DNA of 64,000 nucleotides from Fimicolochytrium jonesii (GCF_025526975.1 NW_026515675.1:186001-250000); one strand, 5' to 3'; numbered from the stretch's first letter, positions 13,449-24,712 are shown. A program made the numbers and translations. The notes: generated by a model not told the origin, from the letters alone.

Positions 13449-14618
13449 ATGGGCACAACAAACAGCACACCAACCTCCTCCCAGCAAACACCCCTCTCCA
13501 AGCTCGACGCCGAATTCCTCACCCAATACGCCGCCCTCAAATCCCGCGCCCTGAACTGGTCAAAAGAATCCGTGCTGATCCTCAAAGGGAATGAGTTTAT
13601 CCTGTTGTCGTTGCCTAGCCCGCGGCCTGCGTCTGTTGGACTGGTTGAGGATGACACGGCGGGGATGACAACACAGGGGAGGAGGGGATCTTTTTGCCTC
13701 CCCACAAGTCCCACCCGCCGTTCAACAAATGGTTGCGCATCCCAACAAAGACAACATCCCTCCCTCACCCCCCACCCGCACCTAACACGCACAACACACA
13801 CCCTCCACATCCCCCTCTTCCACGAGCTCAAATCCCTCTGCCACATCCCGTTGGCAATCCTCGCCGCCATCGCGGGGGACATTGACCACCGTCAGGCAAG
13901 GGCGGCGTTGAGGAGGGTTTGGGAGGGGGCGAGGGATGTTGAGAGGACGATGCGGGACGGTGGGGGGTATTGTTTGAGTGAGGAGCAGAGGGAGAGGAAT
14001 TTGGAGTTGGTGCGGAGGACTGTGGTGTTGTTGGAGGGGGTTGTTGGTGGGGAGACGAGGGAAGAGCGGGTTGTAATTGTTGAGAAGGATGGGAGTGAAT
14101 TTGAAGGAAAGGGTGTGCTGACGAAAGACGATGTAAGCACGTACATCCGGTCGCTCCGGCAGACCTTCTCGCGCAACATGTGGGACGCTACGCAAGATTG
14201 TCTACTGGCCATGGACGCCGCCCTCCGCTCCATTCTCTCCGAGCACGTAGAAACACTACATGGCAAGAAACTGCATATCGTAGTCCAGGGCGAACACATG
14301 CCCGCCCGCGACAACATGTTCGTCCAATACTTCTTAGCTGCGACGGGGACGGAGAAGGAAGGGGAGGGGGTATACTACTGCTCGCCGAAGCTGAGTGAGG
14401 AGGAGGTTGTCGGGATCGTGCAGCAGCATATTACGGACGGGTTGGTGGGGTGGCAGGTTTTTGGGGATAGGGAGAGGATGCATTCGGATTTGCTGGCGCC
14501 GTCGGCGCATAAGATACTGGATGAATGGAAGGCGGAGGGTAGATTGCCGTATGGGGAGCTGCTAGATGGGAGAGAGGCTGCTCAAATGAAGTGCCCATTT
14601 TTGAATGGAAGTCTCTGA
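13449..14618 (+). CDS. Uncharacterised intronless protein resembling a bacterial hypothetical family; ends in KCPF
   Basis: 389-aa ORF from ATG 13449. Blocks that look conserved: LFHELKSLCHIPLA, HIVVQGEHMPARDNMFVQYF, EGEGVYY, FGDRERMHSDLL. Confidence 0.75.
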   Translation: MGTTNSTPTSSQQTPLSKLDAEFLTQYAALKSRALNWSKESVLILKGNEFILLSLPSPRPASVGLVEDDTAGMTTQGRRGSFCLPTSPTRRSTNGCASQQRQHPSLTPHPHLTRTTHTLHIPLFHELKSLCHIPLAILAAIAGDIDHRQARAALRRVWEGARDVERTMRDGGGYCLSEEQRERNLELVRRTVVLLEGVVGGETREERVVIVEKDGSEFEGKGVLTKDDVSTYIRSLRQTFSRNMWDATQDCLLAMDAALRSILSEHVETLHGKKLHIVVQGEHMPARDNMFVQYFLAATGTEKEGEGVYYCSPKLSEEEVVGIVQQHITDGLVGWQVFGDRERMHSDLLAPSAHKILDEWKAEGRLPYGELLDGREAAQMKCPFLNGSL

Positions 14619-14835
14619 TGCAACTACTCAGTAACCAGCTCACTGATTCTGCGGAGAGGCTTGAACGAACAATGCGAAGGTGTAAATGTGAAATCACGAT
14701 GTCAAAAGACAGTAATCAAAAAGGTTATGGGGACAGTGTGATGAAGTGCGGGAATATGTTGGTTCCCTAGAGTATATATTGCGCAACGGAACGAAAGAGA
14801 CTCTTCTGTATAATGAAATCCCCAGAAAGAGACGC

Positions 14836-15944
14836 TTATTCGTCGGCCTCCTGGCCAAGCTTGCGCAAGAAAGCGTCTTTCTTCTGCTTGACGCGGTCCC
14901 GACGCTGCTTGAGGTTGAGGCGCGTCTTGAAGTACTTGCCGTGCTGCTTCTTCTTGTCCTCGGCAGTCATGGGCTTGCGCTCCTTCTTCTCGGGGGACGG
15001 GTCCTCGCGGATCTTGGCGTGGGCACCAGAGTAGATGTCCTCGAGGTCATCACCCTCGATCTCGTCCTCGATGAAAGAGGCGAACTGACGCTTGTAGGCC
15101 TCGTCATCTTCCTCCTGGAGGTACTCCATGTAGTCGGCGACGTGACGACCGAAGATGTAGTTGCGGACAAGCTCGGCGTCCAGCTCTTTGCCGTCCCATC
15201 CGGGGAAACGGGACTCGCTGTGAGGAACACGGAGACCTCCGTCGGCGGCACCCTTGAGGACACCGAAGATACGGGAACCGGTGGTGGAGCGACGGAGACC
15301 GGTGTCAAGGAAGGCGGTGAAGGGCCTGGGTCCATCGTCGATGTCCTCAACCTCGTACTTCTCACCATCGGGCTCGGTCTGACCCTCGTACTTGCTGTCG
15401 AGGCCGAGCTTGTTGAGCACACGACGGGCAAGCAACAGACCGGTGGCGTAGGCTATCAACAGCGAAAAACATAACCCATCAGTTCCCACTTCTGCCATTC
15501 CAACCCTTTTCGCACACAACTCCCGAAAACTCACCAGCAGCCCAGTTGGTCAAACCGTGCTTGATGCCGAAGCGGGGAAGCTCGTGAGCGTAAGCAGCAG
15601 CGAGAACAACATCACCCTGGAGCTTGGCGTAGACAATTTGGGTGATAATGTCCTTGTTGGTGATACGGACAACGAGACGGTACTTGGGCGAGTTGTACTT
15701 GTTCTTCGCCTGGGTTACCAAACGCTTACGCGCATAGTAGTCCGTCTTTCCCTACAATTCCCATGCAACAAAGTCGATGTCAGGCGTAGGTTCCAGGACG
15801 CAATTCCATTCCACCCGCTTCTCGATTTTCCCAAGCCCTAATTCCGACGCGGGAGTGTCTAATTCGTACCTCTCTCCTACGACGGTACTTGGTCTGGTAC
15901 CGCTTGTAGTAGGCCTTGTTCTTAACTTGCTTGACGAAAGGCAT
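14836..15944 (-). CDS. RPL5: 60S ribosomal protein L5 (uL18)
   Basis: [63 protein letters not shown]; two introns; strong codon bias. Confidence 0.98.
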
Positions 15945-17010
15945 GGTTATGATCTCCCCGAGGGTTGCAGCGAGATTCGTCAATAGCGATAGGAGGAGAA
16001 AACGTATTTGGGTGAGGGCGCTCGAAGAAAACTGCCAGACCGCTCTTTCTTTCCGCAGCACGTGACACAGCATTGTCCGTCACATGACTTACAATTGAAC
16101 TCGCGCTGTTGATGTCACAAACTCCGGCTTCACTGCTCTTTCAGAAAATACTTGATGCCGAAAAAAGGCGAAGCGAAACGGACTTAACGGTGAACATATA
16201 AGAGCTCTGCGTTGTGAGTATCGCCCTCTTAGCCCGCAAGTATCTGCCCCTCTTGTTTTGTCCGGTTTTCATTTGTACTCAAGGGAAATTTCACTAGGTT
16301 AGCGCGTGGAAGTTCCCATATTCCTTTCGGGTGCACCTGAGGTTTGGCTGCTCTCTACTCACCCACAAAGAATGTCTCAGCAAAAGACTATTCGCATCTA
16401 TGACGGGTCTAGGCGTGTCTCGAGCCTTAATGTCTCAGAAGACAACGCTAATAAGGTTGCGAGAAGGTGCAGGCAAAGCTTCGGCTGGAAACAGCACCTA
16501 CCGCTCTCTTCCGCCTACGCAAAAACTGCGAAGAGATTGACACCACTGTTCCGCCACTGCATCTATATCGCAAGGATTTGTTCGCTAAACTCGAAGATGA
16601 GGGCGATTACTCAAGTCAGTTTGTGTTGCGCTCGGATTTTCCACCATTCCTAACATTGAGAAATGCGCACATCATAATGTTCGCGAGCAGGACGACATCA
16701 CACTTCACTCATTTCCACCTTCCGTTTCCGCGAAGTGCGAGTAATTTGCTCATAGAGGCAAAGCTGTGATGCTCAAGAGCTACCGATTTCCCCCAGACGC
16801 CACGTGCGATGTACATCCCATCGCTAAGTGCGGGGAAAGGGGAGTCTACTTCCAGCAATCCGGAACTCTGAAGATTTGCTAATTGCACTGGAACAGGAGA
16901 ACTCTGCGACTTGACACCGATCGCCAACGGGTCTGAGCGTTGCAGTTCACCTAACTCGACGTGGTGCAAAGTTGCCGGAATCCAGCTTCAGCAGGCTGGA
17001 GAGGAATCGT

Positions 17011-17250
17011 ACTCCCTGCTGAGGCTGGGTTCTGACTAGCTGTTGGGGTTTATCATTCTTGATTTTGTCAAAAGGAGGTGTAAGATACACCCGTTTAGTT
17101 GAAGTGGGTATTGTTGTGCTATGCGCCGTAAAGGACTCCCTACCCCTGATGCAGGCTGGGATATTCTTCCTGTTCGGGTTCATCATTCTTAACCTCGTCA
17201 AAGGGGAGGCATGACCTATCTCCGTTCATTGGAGTAGTGCTGTGCTATAA
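17011..17250. repeat. Degenerate ~130-bp direct duplication in intergenic DNA
   Basis: TGTTGGGGTTTATCATTCTTGATTTTGTCAAAAGGAGG (from 17041) versus TGTTCGGGTTCATCATTCTTAACCTCGTCAAAGGGGAGG (from 17171). Both copies are preceded by AGGCTGGG and followed by TGTGCTAT. Confidence 0.6.
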
Positions 17251-18271
17251 GATCTTGCTCTCGTATTCACCGCTATTTACAGCGGTCTGGACTATAATGT
17301 CTCTGCTTGGCGAATTGTGTCTCTTATCTTGCTCCCGCTCGTTCTCACGCCTGCTCAGGACGATTCCATCACGTGTCGTAAATGTCAGAGTGGCTGTCCT
17401 ATACCTTCCGTAGTATACTGGGGCTGGGGATGTTCGTGGGCTTTTCCTTAATACAAGTCATATTGGGGGGAAACCCGACTCGAAGTTATCGTCGACGAGG
17501 AGAGAACGCGTCGGCTTCTGTATACAGTATATACGGCTTACTTGAAACGCGTCCAGCTTCTTTTCTTCTCTGCGAAAGAACGAATCTCAGGCTGTCAATA
17601 CCGAAACACCGGGGAAGTAGCAACAAGAAACGTTATCTGCGTCCGGTTGGCGTTGTACGAGAGTAACGGCAGAAAAGTTGGTGTCGGAAGCCCAAAAATA
17701 ACGAGATTAGAGGCGGGGCCAGGGCCTAGTAGTCGCAGTAGTCGGGACTCGGGTGGCTCAAAACAGTAGAATCGCCATATGGATATCCGTATCTGTCGAT
17801 CCAGGCTCAAGCTGGGTTTCCGTATCTAACTCCGTCTTTGCCTCCCGACTCTGAAATGGATAATTTTCTACGTGGGGGACATAAAAAGCGTATTTTGGGC
17901 CTGTCTCGACGCCTCAAACCTGCATTTCCGCATTACTCGAAATTTGTGCAAACCCTTCCCCTGTCCCCGTGAGTGCCTATATACATTCAAAACCGTGCAT
18001 TGGCGCTCGATGGCTGCGATGGTGCATCTAGGCTATGATCTACTGCATTTTTTTCTGGGAGACGGAGACGAAGTGGATGAAGCCGCTGTAAAACAGCGCC
18101 TATGTGCCCAAAAGCGGGCCTCGGGCTTCCGCAAACTGGCTTCAATGGGTGGGAAAGCGAGAATGGACGCAAGACTGCTACGAACAGACTTGTAGTGGTC
18201 TGGAATGTTTGGTCTGCGCGAAAGGCCCGCCGCGGGGTCTGAGAGAATGGCTTGAGCCTTGCCCGCGCGCC

Positions 18272-18277
18272 TATAAA
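18272..18277 (+). promoter_or_regulatory. TATA box of the secreted-protein gene
   Basis: TATAAA 90 bp upstream of ATG 18362, followed by a CA/CT-rich leader. Confidence 0.6.
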
Positions 18278-18361
18278 GAGAGGCCCGCCCAACAGATCCC
18301 TCTCTCGAACAACACAACTTCATAACCTTCCTACTTCATTTGTTCCTCGTCTACCGTCAAC

Positions 18362-19363
18362 ATGAAGTTCTCTTCCGTCACCGCGCTGGTCTTCGCGTCC
18401 GCATGGACTGTCAACGCCGCGGTCATTACCACCACCACGCCCGCAGCCACCACGACCAAGGTCGTCACAGCCGCCCCAGCCGCGCCTACCGTCGATGTTG
18501 TCAAGTACAAGGTCATGGAAGCCGCAGCTCTCAAGAAAGCCTCGAAGAACAAGAACTTCCAGGCCGTGAAAAAGTTCTGGGACAGCTTCATCTACCCCAG
18601 GAACGTCGAGGTGGTCAAGGGAAAGGACCCCGAGGGCATCTTCGCCGAGAACATGAAGGGCCGCGTTGACATCACGCGCAACTTCGATGGCAAGGAACTC
18701 AACATTGAGTACCTGTTCGGTCTCTTTGTCGGACCCACCACGAGCACGCAGTTCACCCTCATCCCCGTCCCCGTCAACTACACGTTCTCCGAGTTCGTTA
18801 CCGCTGACAACGTTGCGTCGACATCCGTCATCGTCAACCTCAAGCACCTTGCTTCGGGTGTTACGACCCCTATCCAAATCGACTCGTTCACTCGCTACGA
18901 CAAAGATGGAAAGTTAGCCCAATACGACGCCATCTTCCGTCGCATCAGTCTGCAGCTCACCGCCGTCGTCCAGCGCATGGCGCCCTACATCCTCACCGAG
19001 TACGCCAAGTTCACCAAGGCGGCTCCTCCGGCTCCCACCGCCGAGAACGTGCAAAAGGCTCTCGTCGTGCTGCAAGCCGACAGTATCTGCAACACGGCCG
19101 CCACTTCCTGCACCGGCGCCCTCTCGCAGTACTCGTCTTACGCTGAGTGCTTCAACTTCCTCACCACCCAGATCCGGTTCGGTACCGCGTACGAGGGAGG
19201 TCAGAACACCCTGTGGTGCCGCACTGTGCACCAACAGATGGTCCCTTTGGCTCCCGAGGTGCACTGCCCCCACATCGGCAAGACCGGCGGAGGTCAATGT
19301 ACCGACTTCCAGTACGAGGACTTCATGATACCTTTTTACGACGCTCCCTTCATTGCTTCTTAG
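18362..19363 (+). CDS. Secreted protein: signal peptide, Thr/Ala linker, globular domain and C-terminal Cys-rich domain
   Basis: Intronless 333 aa; MKFSSVTALVFASAWTVNA signal peptide; GRVDITRNFDGKELNIEYLFGLF; six Cys in the C-terminal region (ICNTAATSCTG...ECFNFL...WCRTVH...HCPHIGKTGGGQC); strong C-ending codon bias. Confidence 0.85.
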   Translation: MKFSSVTALVFASAWTVNAAVITTTTPAATTTKVVTAAPAAPTVDVVKYKVMEAAALKKASKNKNFQAVKKFWDSFIYPRNVEVVKGKDPEGIFAENMKGRVDITRNFDGKELNIEYLFGLFVGPTTSTQFTLIPVPVNYTFSEFVTADNVASTSVIVNLKHLASGVTTPIQIDSFTRYDKDGKLAQYDAIFRRISLQLTAVVQRMAPYILTEYAKFTKAAPPAPTAENVQKALVVLQADSICNTAATSCTGALSQYSSYAECFNFLTTQIRFGTAYEGGQNTLWCRTVHQQMVPLAPEVHCPHIGKTGGGQCTDFQYEDFMIPFYDAPFIAS

Positions 19364-19403
19364 TCGATGGGAATGCCGCGCTTTAGTTTTGTAAATATAC
19401 CTA

Positions 19404-19435
19404 ATGACCAACCTTAGACATGACCAACCTTAGAC
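19404..19435 (+). repeat. Perfect 16-bp tandem duplication (ATGACCAACCTTAGAC x2) in the presumed 3' UTR
   Basis: Read directly from the sequence. Confidence 0.9.
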
Positions 19436-19913
19436 ATTTTATAAATTACATTTAAGCTCCTTTCCTGAGCCCTATCTCATACTTGCCGAAATGAAACCCA
19501 CTCCTATAAGCATCTGCAGATAGCTCATGGACTTCCGTCCTAGCATCCGCTCTTCTTCTCTCAGTCAGCCCTCATTTTCTGGCTGACAACCAAGGAAAAG
19601 ATTCGAGTGATGCTGGGATCTTACTTCGCCATGCGCTCTCTTACTCACAGAGCTCTCACACAAGGCTTCAAGTTGTTCTCCTGAACATGTCTTCGTGTGA
19701 TCGCTTTGCAGCACATGTACAGTACAGACCGTACATGCATACAGTACGGCTCAGAAACGACGCGTTAGCTGAGGTAATACGCGCCCGCAAGTTTTTGGTG
19801 AATCCGACGTCAACAGTTGGATCTTCGATTTCGTGCAAACGCCTGGCTCTTGCTTTACCAGCTCTCCCGTCAACCTATACCAACACCCATTATAATCACT
19901 CTGACTGGCAGCC

Positions 19914-22293
19914 ATGGCCTCTTCACTAGAAGAAACGGTAGCCCAATCGATCGAGATCTTGACCAAAGTAGTTAAAAAGACTCCACTGACGCCGAAACTG
20001 CTGTCAAAGCCACCATTCAGATACCTCCATGATCTGATCAGCGAAGTCATATCGACTTCAGATTTCGGAAGCGGTCTATTCACCGAGGACGAAAGCAAAT
20101 CAGAGAATGTGAAAGATAAGGAGGCCAAAGTAGCCTACTTGACGAAAATCATCGATTGCGTGGGCATCGCAACCGAGGCGGACGTCAAGGCCAACCCGTT
20201 GAAGATCGTGGCGGGGCTGGAGGCGGAGGAGACGAATGCGTTTTTGCAGGCATTGGGGAGGGCGGCGGTGCAGAAAGTGGAGAGCTCGGATGCAGTGAAG
20301 AGAGTTCTGGCTGGGGAGCATCAAGGGGCTGCGCCGAAACGACGGAAGTCGAGAGATGCGTCGGTGGGAGAGAAACCTGCTGGGGAGAAGCTGCAAGCGA
20401 CGAGAGTGGGGAAGAGCACGACGAATTTACGAGGCGGGAAGTCGGATGCATCGCTGGAAAAGCAGGCCTCATCAGCAGCGGTAGCGTCATCCAGCAAAAA
20501 GTCGAAAGAGAACCTGGCCAAAGGGGCATCGCAGAGTAATCTATCGAAAGACAAAGATGAAGCGAAACCGCAGACCTCGCCGCGGAAGTCGAGGGATAAT
20601 CTCGCCCATCGAGAGTCAGATAAGAGCGATATAAGAAAATCGAAAGACGCACTGGCGTCGACATCACAGTCAAACCTACGGGAGAAGCGAGAACGGGATA
20701 AAGAGTCCGCCGCTGCCGCTGCACGAGGGAAATCGGCGACAAGGAAAGAAGGGGAAGAGAGTAAACCTACCCCATCTTCGGCGCCCCCAGCAGCGATGAA
20801 AGATAAGGGGTTAGATTCGCGTTCGATTCCTGCGGAACCAGAGCAGATTGAGCAGCCACGACAGGATGTGTCCCCGCCACCTTCGGCGAGACGAGAAGAC
20901 CGTGAGGCAGCAGATAAACCGCCAGCGATACCCAGTTCCGCTCCATCAGCGCCATCAGACGACTTAGGTATGCTTCAAGGCTGTCCTGCGTAGGTAATCA
21001 GGGAGAGGTGTCTCAACCATTCCGCGACCTTAGTGCCGGATGAATCCGTCCGAGCAGCAGCAGCAGCCGTTGCGATTGACAGCGAGGACCGGCAAGCACG
21101 GATGGCTGCGACGACACGACGAATGCGACCAGCAAGTGCACGGCCAGCGCCGCCAAGACAGAGAGCGCCGGAAGTCGCACTGGAAGAGGTTCCCAAGTAA
21201 GCATCTACTCTCGATGTACAACGGTCAAAGTTGTCCTAGGATATTCTCACATGCCCGTCTACAGAAATGTCCCAACAATCTACACCGACACGAAACAGGA
21301 CGATCCGGACGATTTCGTGGTAATAGCACATGATGCGGACGATATCCCGACATTTGTGAGTGGACATCGTGAATGCAAGCATGTTCGGCACGCACTCATC
21401 ATGCTACTCCATGTACTCATTGTAGGCATCCGCCGAGACGACTGGTGGGCCGCTTGCTGATGAGCACCACGGTAAGATCCCATTCTGATGGGCTATGCCT
21501 TGGAACCCCTCACCAACCTTGGACATGTGCAGGTGGTCTCGTCCGCACCATCCTGCAAACGAAACAAGACCTCGAAGGGTCGAAAGACGGCAATGGTGCA
21601 GATGCGGGAGCCGACATGCGCGCAAAGTCAGGGCCTAAGGATCGTGCGGGGGGTATAAAAGAAGTATGACTTTAAATACGGACATCTTCCTTTAGCTGTC
21701 TGAGCACACATATTGATCTTCATTCGGAATCCCATCTCGACACATAGATCGAAGCCCTCCGCGAATCCATCCAAGCCCTGACACGCAGCACGAATCCCCT
21801 TGGCAAAACAATGGATTACATGCAGGAAGACGTGGACAGCATGAACAGGGAGTTGGAGATGTGGCGGTCGGAACATCTGAAGTATTTGAAAGTGTATGAG
21901 GAGGAACTGCGGTATGTTGTCGGGCGTCCGCGGGGTGTATTGGATGTTTCCGCGGTCTCTGATTTTTTACATCTGGCGACAGGATAAGTGCAGAGGAACT
22001 TGCCCCGTTGGAAAGCCAGTTGAAGGCCGTCGAGGCCGCGATTGAGGAGCAGGTAATGTACCGCCAACGATGCTAACCTATTAGCCCCAGGGGAGTCGCA
22101 TCTTACGCCATTGATTCTTACAGCTCGACGTAATCAGCACAACAAAAGCGTCCATAATACAGGTATGCCCCCTTGCGTCGTCTCGGGTGGGCTTTCCCAT
22201 AACTTTGTGCTCATCTTCTCCGTTCTCCAACTCCAACAGAACGAAACAATGGTGCAAACCCTCCTGCAAGGGATATCAAAAGGGGGAGTATGA
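19914..22293 (+). CDS. IFT54: Intraflagellar transport protein IFT54 / TRAF3IP1 (MIP-T3), multi-exon
   Basis: N-terminal KLLSKPPFRYLHDLI, KVAYLTKII, KIVAGLEAEETNAFLQAL; RPASARPAPP; GGLVRTILQTK; C-terminal coiled coil LTRSTNPLGKTMDYMQEDVDSMNRELEMW. Confidence 0.95.
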
Positions 22294-22426
22294 AATAAGA
22301 CCATTATATGTATTTCCAAAAAACCGTCTCTCCTTATGTACAATGATGCCCATCCACGCAAAATGGGATCCCCGCTCTGCATCCTCCTGTATACCAACAC
22401 TCTCACTGCTACATAATTAGTTGCTT

Positions 22427-24712
22427 TCAACCTTGCGCTGCTTGGGTCCCCTGTACCGACGGTACCTCGGCTGCAATAATGGCTACTGTGGAGGTTCCTG
22501 CGACGGGTATTGAAGGAGCAGAGGTACTCGGTGGGGTGACTACGGTGCTCAACGCAGGCAGCCCCTTCACCTTTTCCTCATCTGGTAATGGCGGGATATG
22601 CCCTGCTTCAAAATCCGGCACGACCGAGTCGATTTCGTCCTTCCCCTCCACATAATCAAACGGTGGAAAGACCGGCTGCGACTCCCGTGATCCCCCACCA
22701 CCGACGCCCGCCCCATTGGCAAACGCTACCCCCCTCCGTTTATTCTCGTTCAGGATCGTCCGTCGCTTATTCGTGGTCGAGATATCCGACGCTTTCGGTG
22801 GCGTGTCGGTGATGCCTCTGCCCTCGCATGTTGGACACGTTATGCAGTTGGAGCAACGTTCGCCTTCCGGGCCGATGTGGGGTGTTGGTGGGTTGGTGGT
22901 GGAGGAGGACACGAAGAAGGAACTGATGGACGGTGGCGTGGTGGATAAGGACGAGGGCATTGATGTGGTGGTCGAGGTGGAGGAGAAGGTGGTTGGTGGA
23001 GGTGGTGGAGCAGTACTCGGCCGAGGGTGAATGAAGCCACGGGCGTCGCAGTCTCGGCAGGTGTACTTGTCGTCCAGCATGCCCGACCCGCCGCATTCTG
23101 CAATACAAATGACATGTCGTAAGCACTGATTCCCCAGAATATTGAAAATTTGCTTGATGCGCATAGAGTGAAACCCATTGCGATTGCTCACCTGAACAAT
23201 CTGAGCATTTCTTGCACCGGATGCCTGGCTCGGTTCTGTGCCTTATCTCTGTATTCTCGTGCCTCCACCCTTTGCCTGGTGAGAGAATCAACAGCGATGT
23301 TTGAGTAAACGATTTTCACATTCCGCGGTCAACCAGAAGGGGCGGACGGTAAACGTGACGAAATCTTTACCTTCACATTTCCAGCACTGCACCCTCTCAC
23401 TTGCCAGGTCGTACGACACCATCAGATTCTTCCGCGTTTTATCTCTCTGGTTGTCAAGATACGTGATCTTCATCGGCATCTCGGCAAGCAGCCCAGAGGA
23501 CAACTCGGTTCTCCTAGCATGTGCCTGAGGATTCGTGCTTTCACCCAACTCCGCTACCACTTTGTTGATCTTCTTCGACAGCATAGCAGCGGGATCCTCC
23601 TGGGATGAGAGGAACCTGCCAGGGCCCAACTGCACATTGGGGCCGAGAGAGCGCATGTGCTCTCGCATATAGTGTACTTCCGAGAACAGGTTGCTCAGTT
23701 GGGTCTCGAGGTAGTGTATGTGATGCTTCAGAGGTTCCAGTCGTGCTGCTACTATAGATTCGACGATTTCGAAGGAAGGGTATCCATGTTGCTGGGTATC
23801 GTGAGAATAGAACGTCGAGCCGGTCCGGTTCGTGCTGCCAGTGTGGCCGGTGGCGTTTGTTGATAGCGAGTGGATGGAGGGGGTCGACTGCCGGTAGGCC
23901 TGATAGCCTACCTTGGGGTGTTTGTCAAGGGGAATATCATCATCGTCTTCGCGTGCGGAGGACGGATCACTGCTATCGGTTCCGGAAGCTAGATGCATAA
24001 CCGACAAGCGATGAACAACGAGCGGTACGTCATCGTCATCAACGTTCGCCGCAACACCACTCGACTTTGGCGCCGACATGGTGGGACCCGCGTGCTGATG
24101 CAGTGGTACATCATCGTCATCGATATCCTGCGCAACAGCACTCGACTTTGGCGTCGGCATGAACAGACCTGCGTGTTGATGTAGTGGTGCATCATCGTCG
24201 CTGTCAGGGTCGGCCGCCGCTGCCTTCTTTGACGCGGCCGTATGTTGCGCTAAGTGGTGTGTAAGCGGAAGGTCATCATCATCGTCGTCGGCCTTGTCGC
24301 CAATTGCTGCTGGCACAGATGGCTTCGCATCGACCCCATCTCCGCCGCCAACCTTTCCATTAGACTCATCTGACGGGGCGTGCGCCATATTCGAGGCATC
24401 GTTACCAATGGTATGCCCCGTTTTGAGCGCTGGCTCAGATGATCCATTGATGCCGCGTCCATCCACCCCTCGCCCCATGTCGCCAACGCCCCGCTCTTCA
24501 TATTGCATGGTAGTCAGCGGTTTGTCGTCATCCCCATCGCCCGTAGGACTACGCGCTGCGACTTCGGTTTCGGCATTCGCGACCGTTGGAACCTCGTCGG
24601 AGAAGATACCCTTCATCTGAAAAGGTGAAAATGGAGTCGCGGTGGCTACACTAGGCTTCGCATTCTGCGAAGGTATAGGAATACCCGGCTTTTCTCGTTC
24701 ATGGGCACTCAT
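22427..24712 (-). CDS. Uncharacterised protein: acidic DDDxPL repeats, short coiled coil, two Cys/His zinc-binding modules related to DnaJ CxxCxGxG repeats
   Basis: Exons 24712-23371, 23275-23192 and 23097-22427 join in frame over GT-AG introns to give CWKCEGKGWRH...RCKKCSDCSECGGSG...CRDCDARGFIH...RCSNCITCPTCEGRG. Confidence 0.8.
24021..24200 (-). repeat. 81-bp (27-aa) coding tandem repeat, ~2.2 copies
   Basis: AG(C/T)GGT(A/G)C...TCATCGTC recurs at 24021, 24102 and 24183; protein DDDAPLHQHAGLFMPTPKSSAVAQDID / DDDVPLHQHAGPTMSAPKSSGVAANVD / DDDVPL. Confidence 0.85.

Noticed and set aside
24021..24200. Regularly spaced repeats as a CRISPR-like array
   Set aside because: Whole 81-bp units are similar and in frame within a eukaryotic CDS; there are no unique spacers or cas genes.
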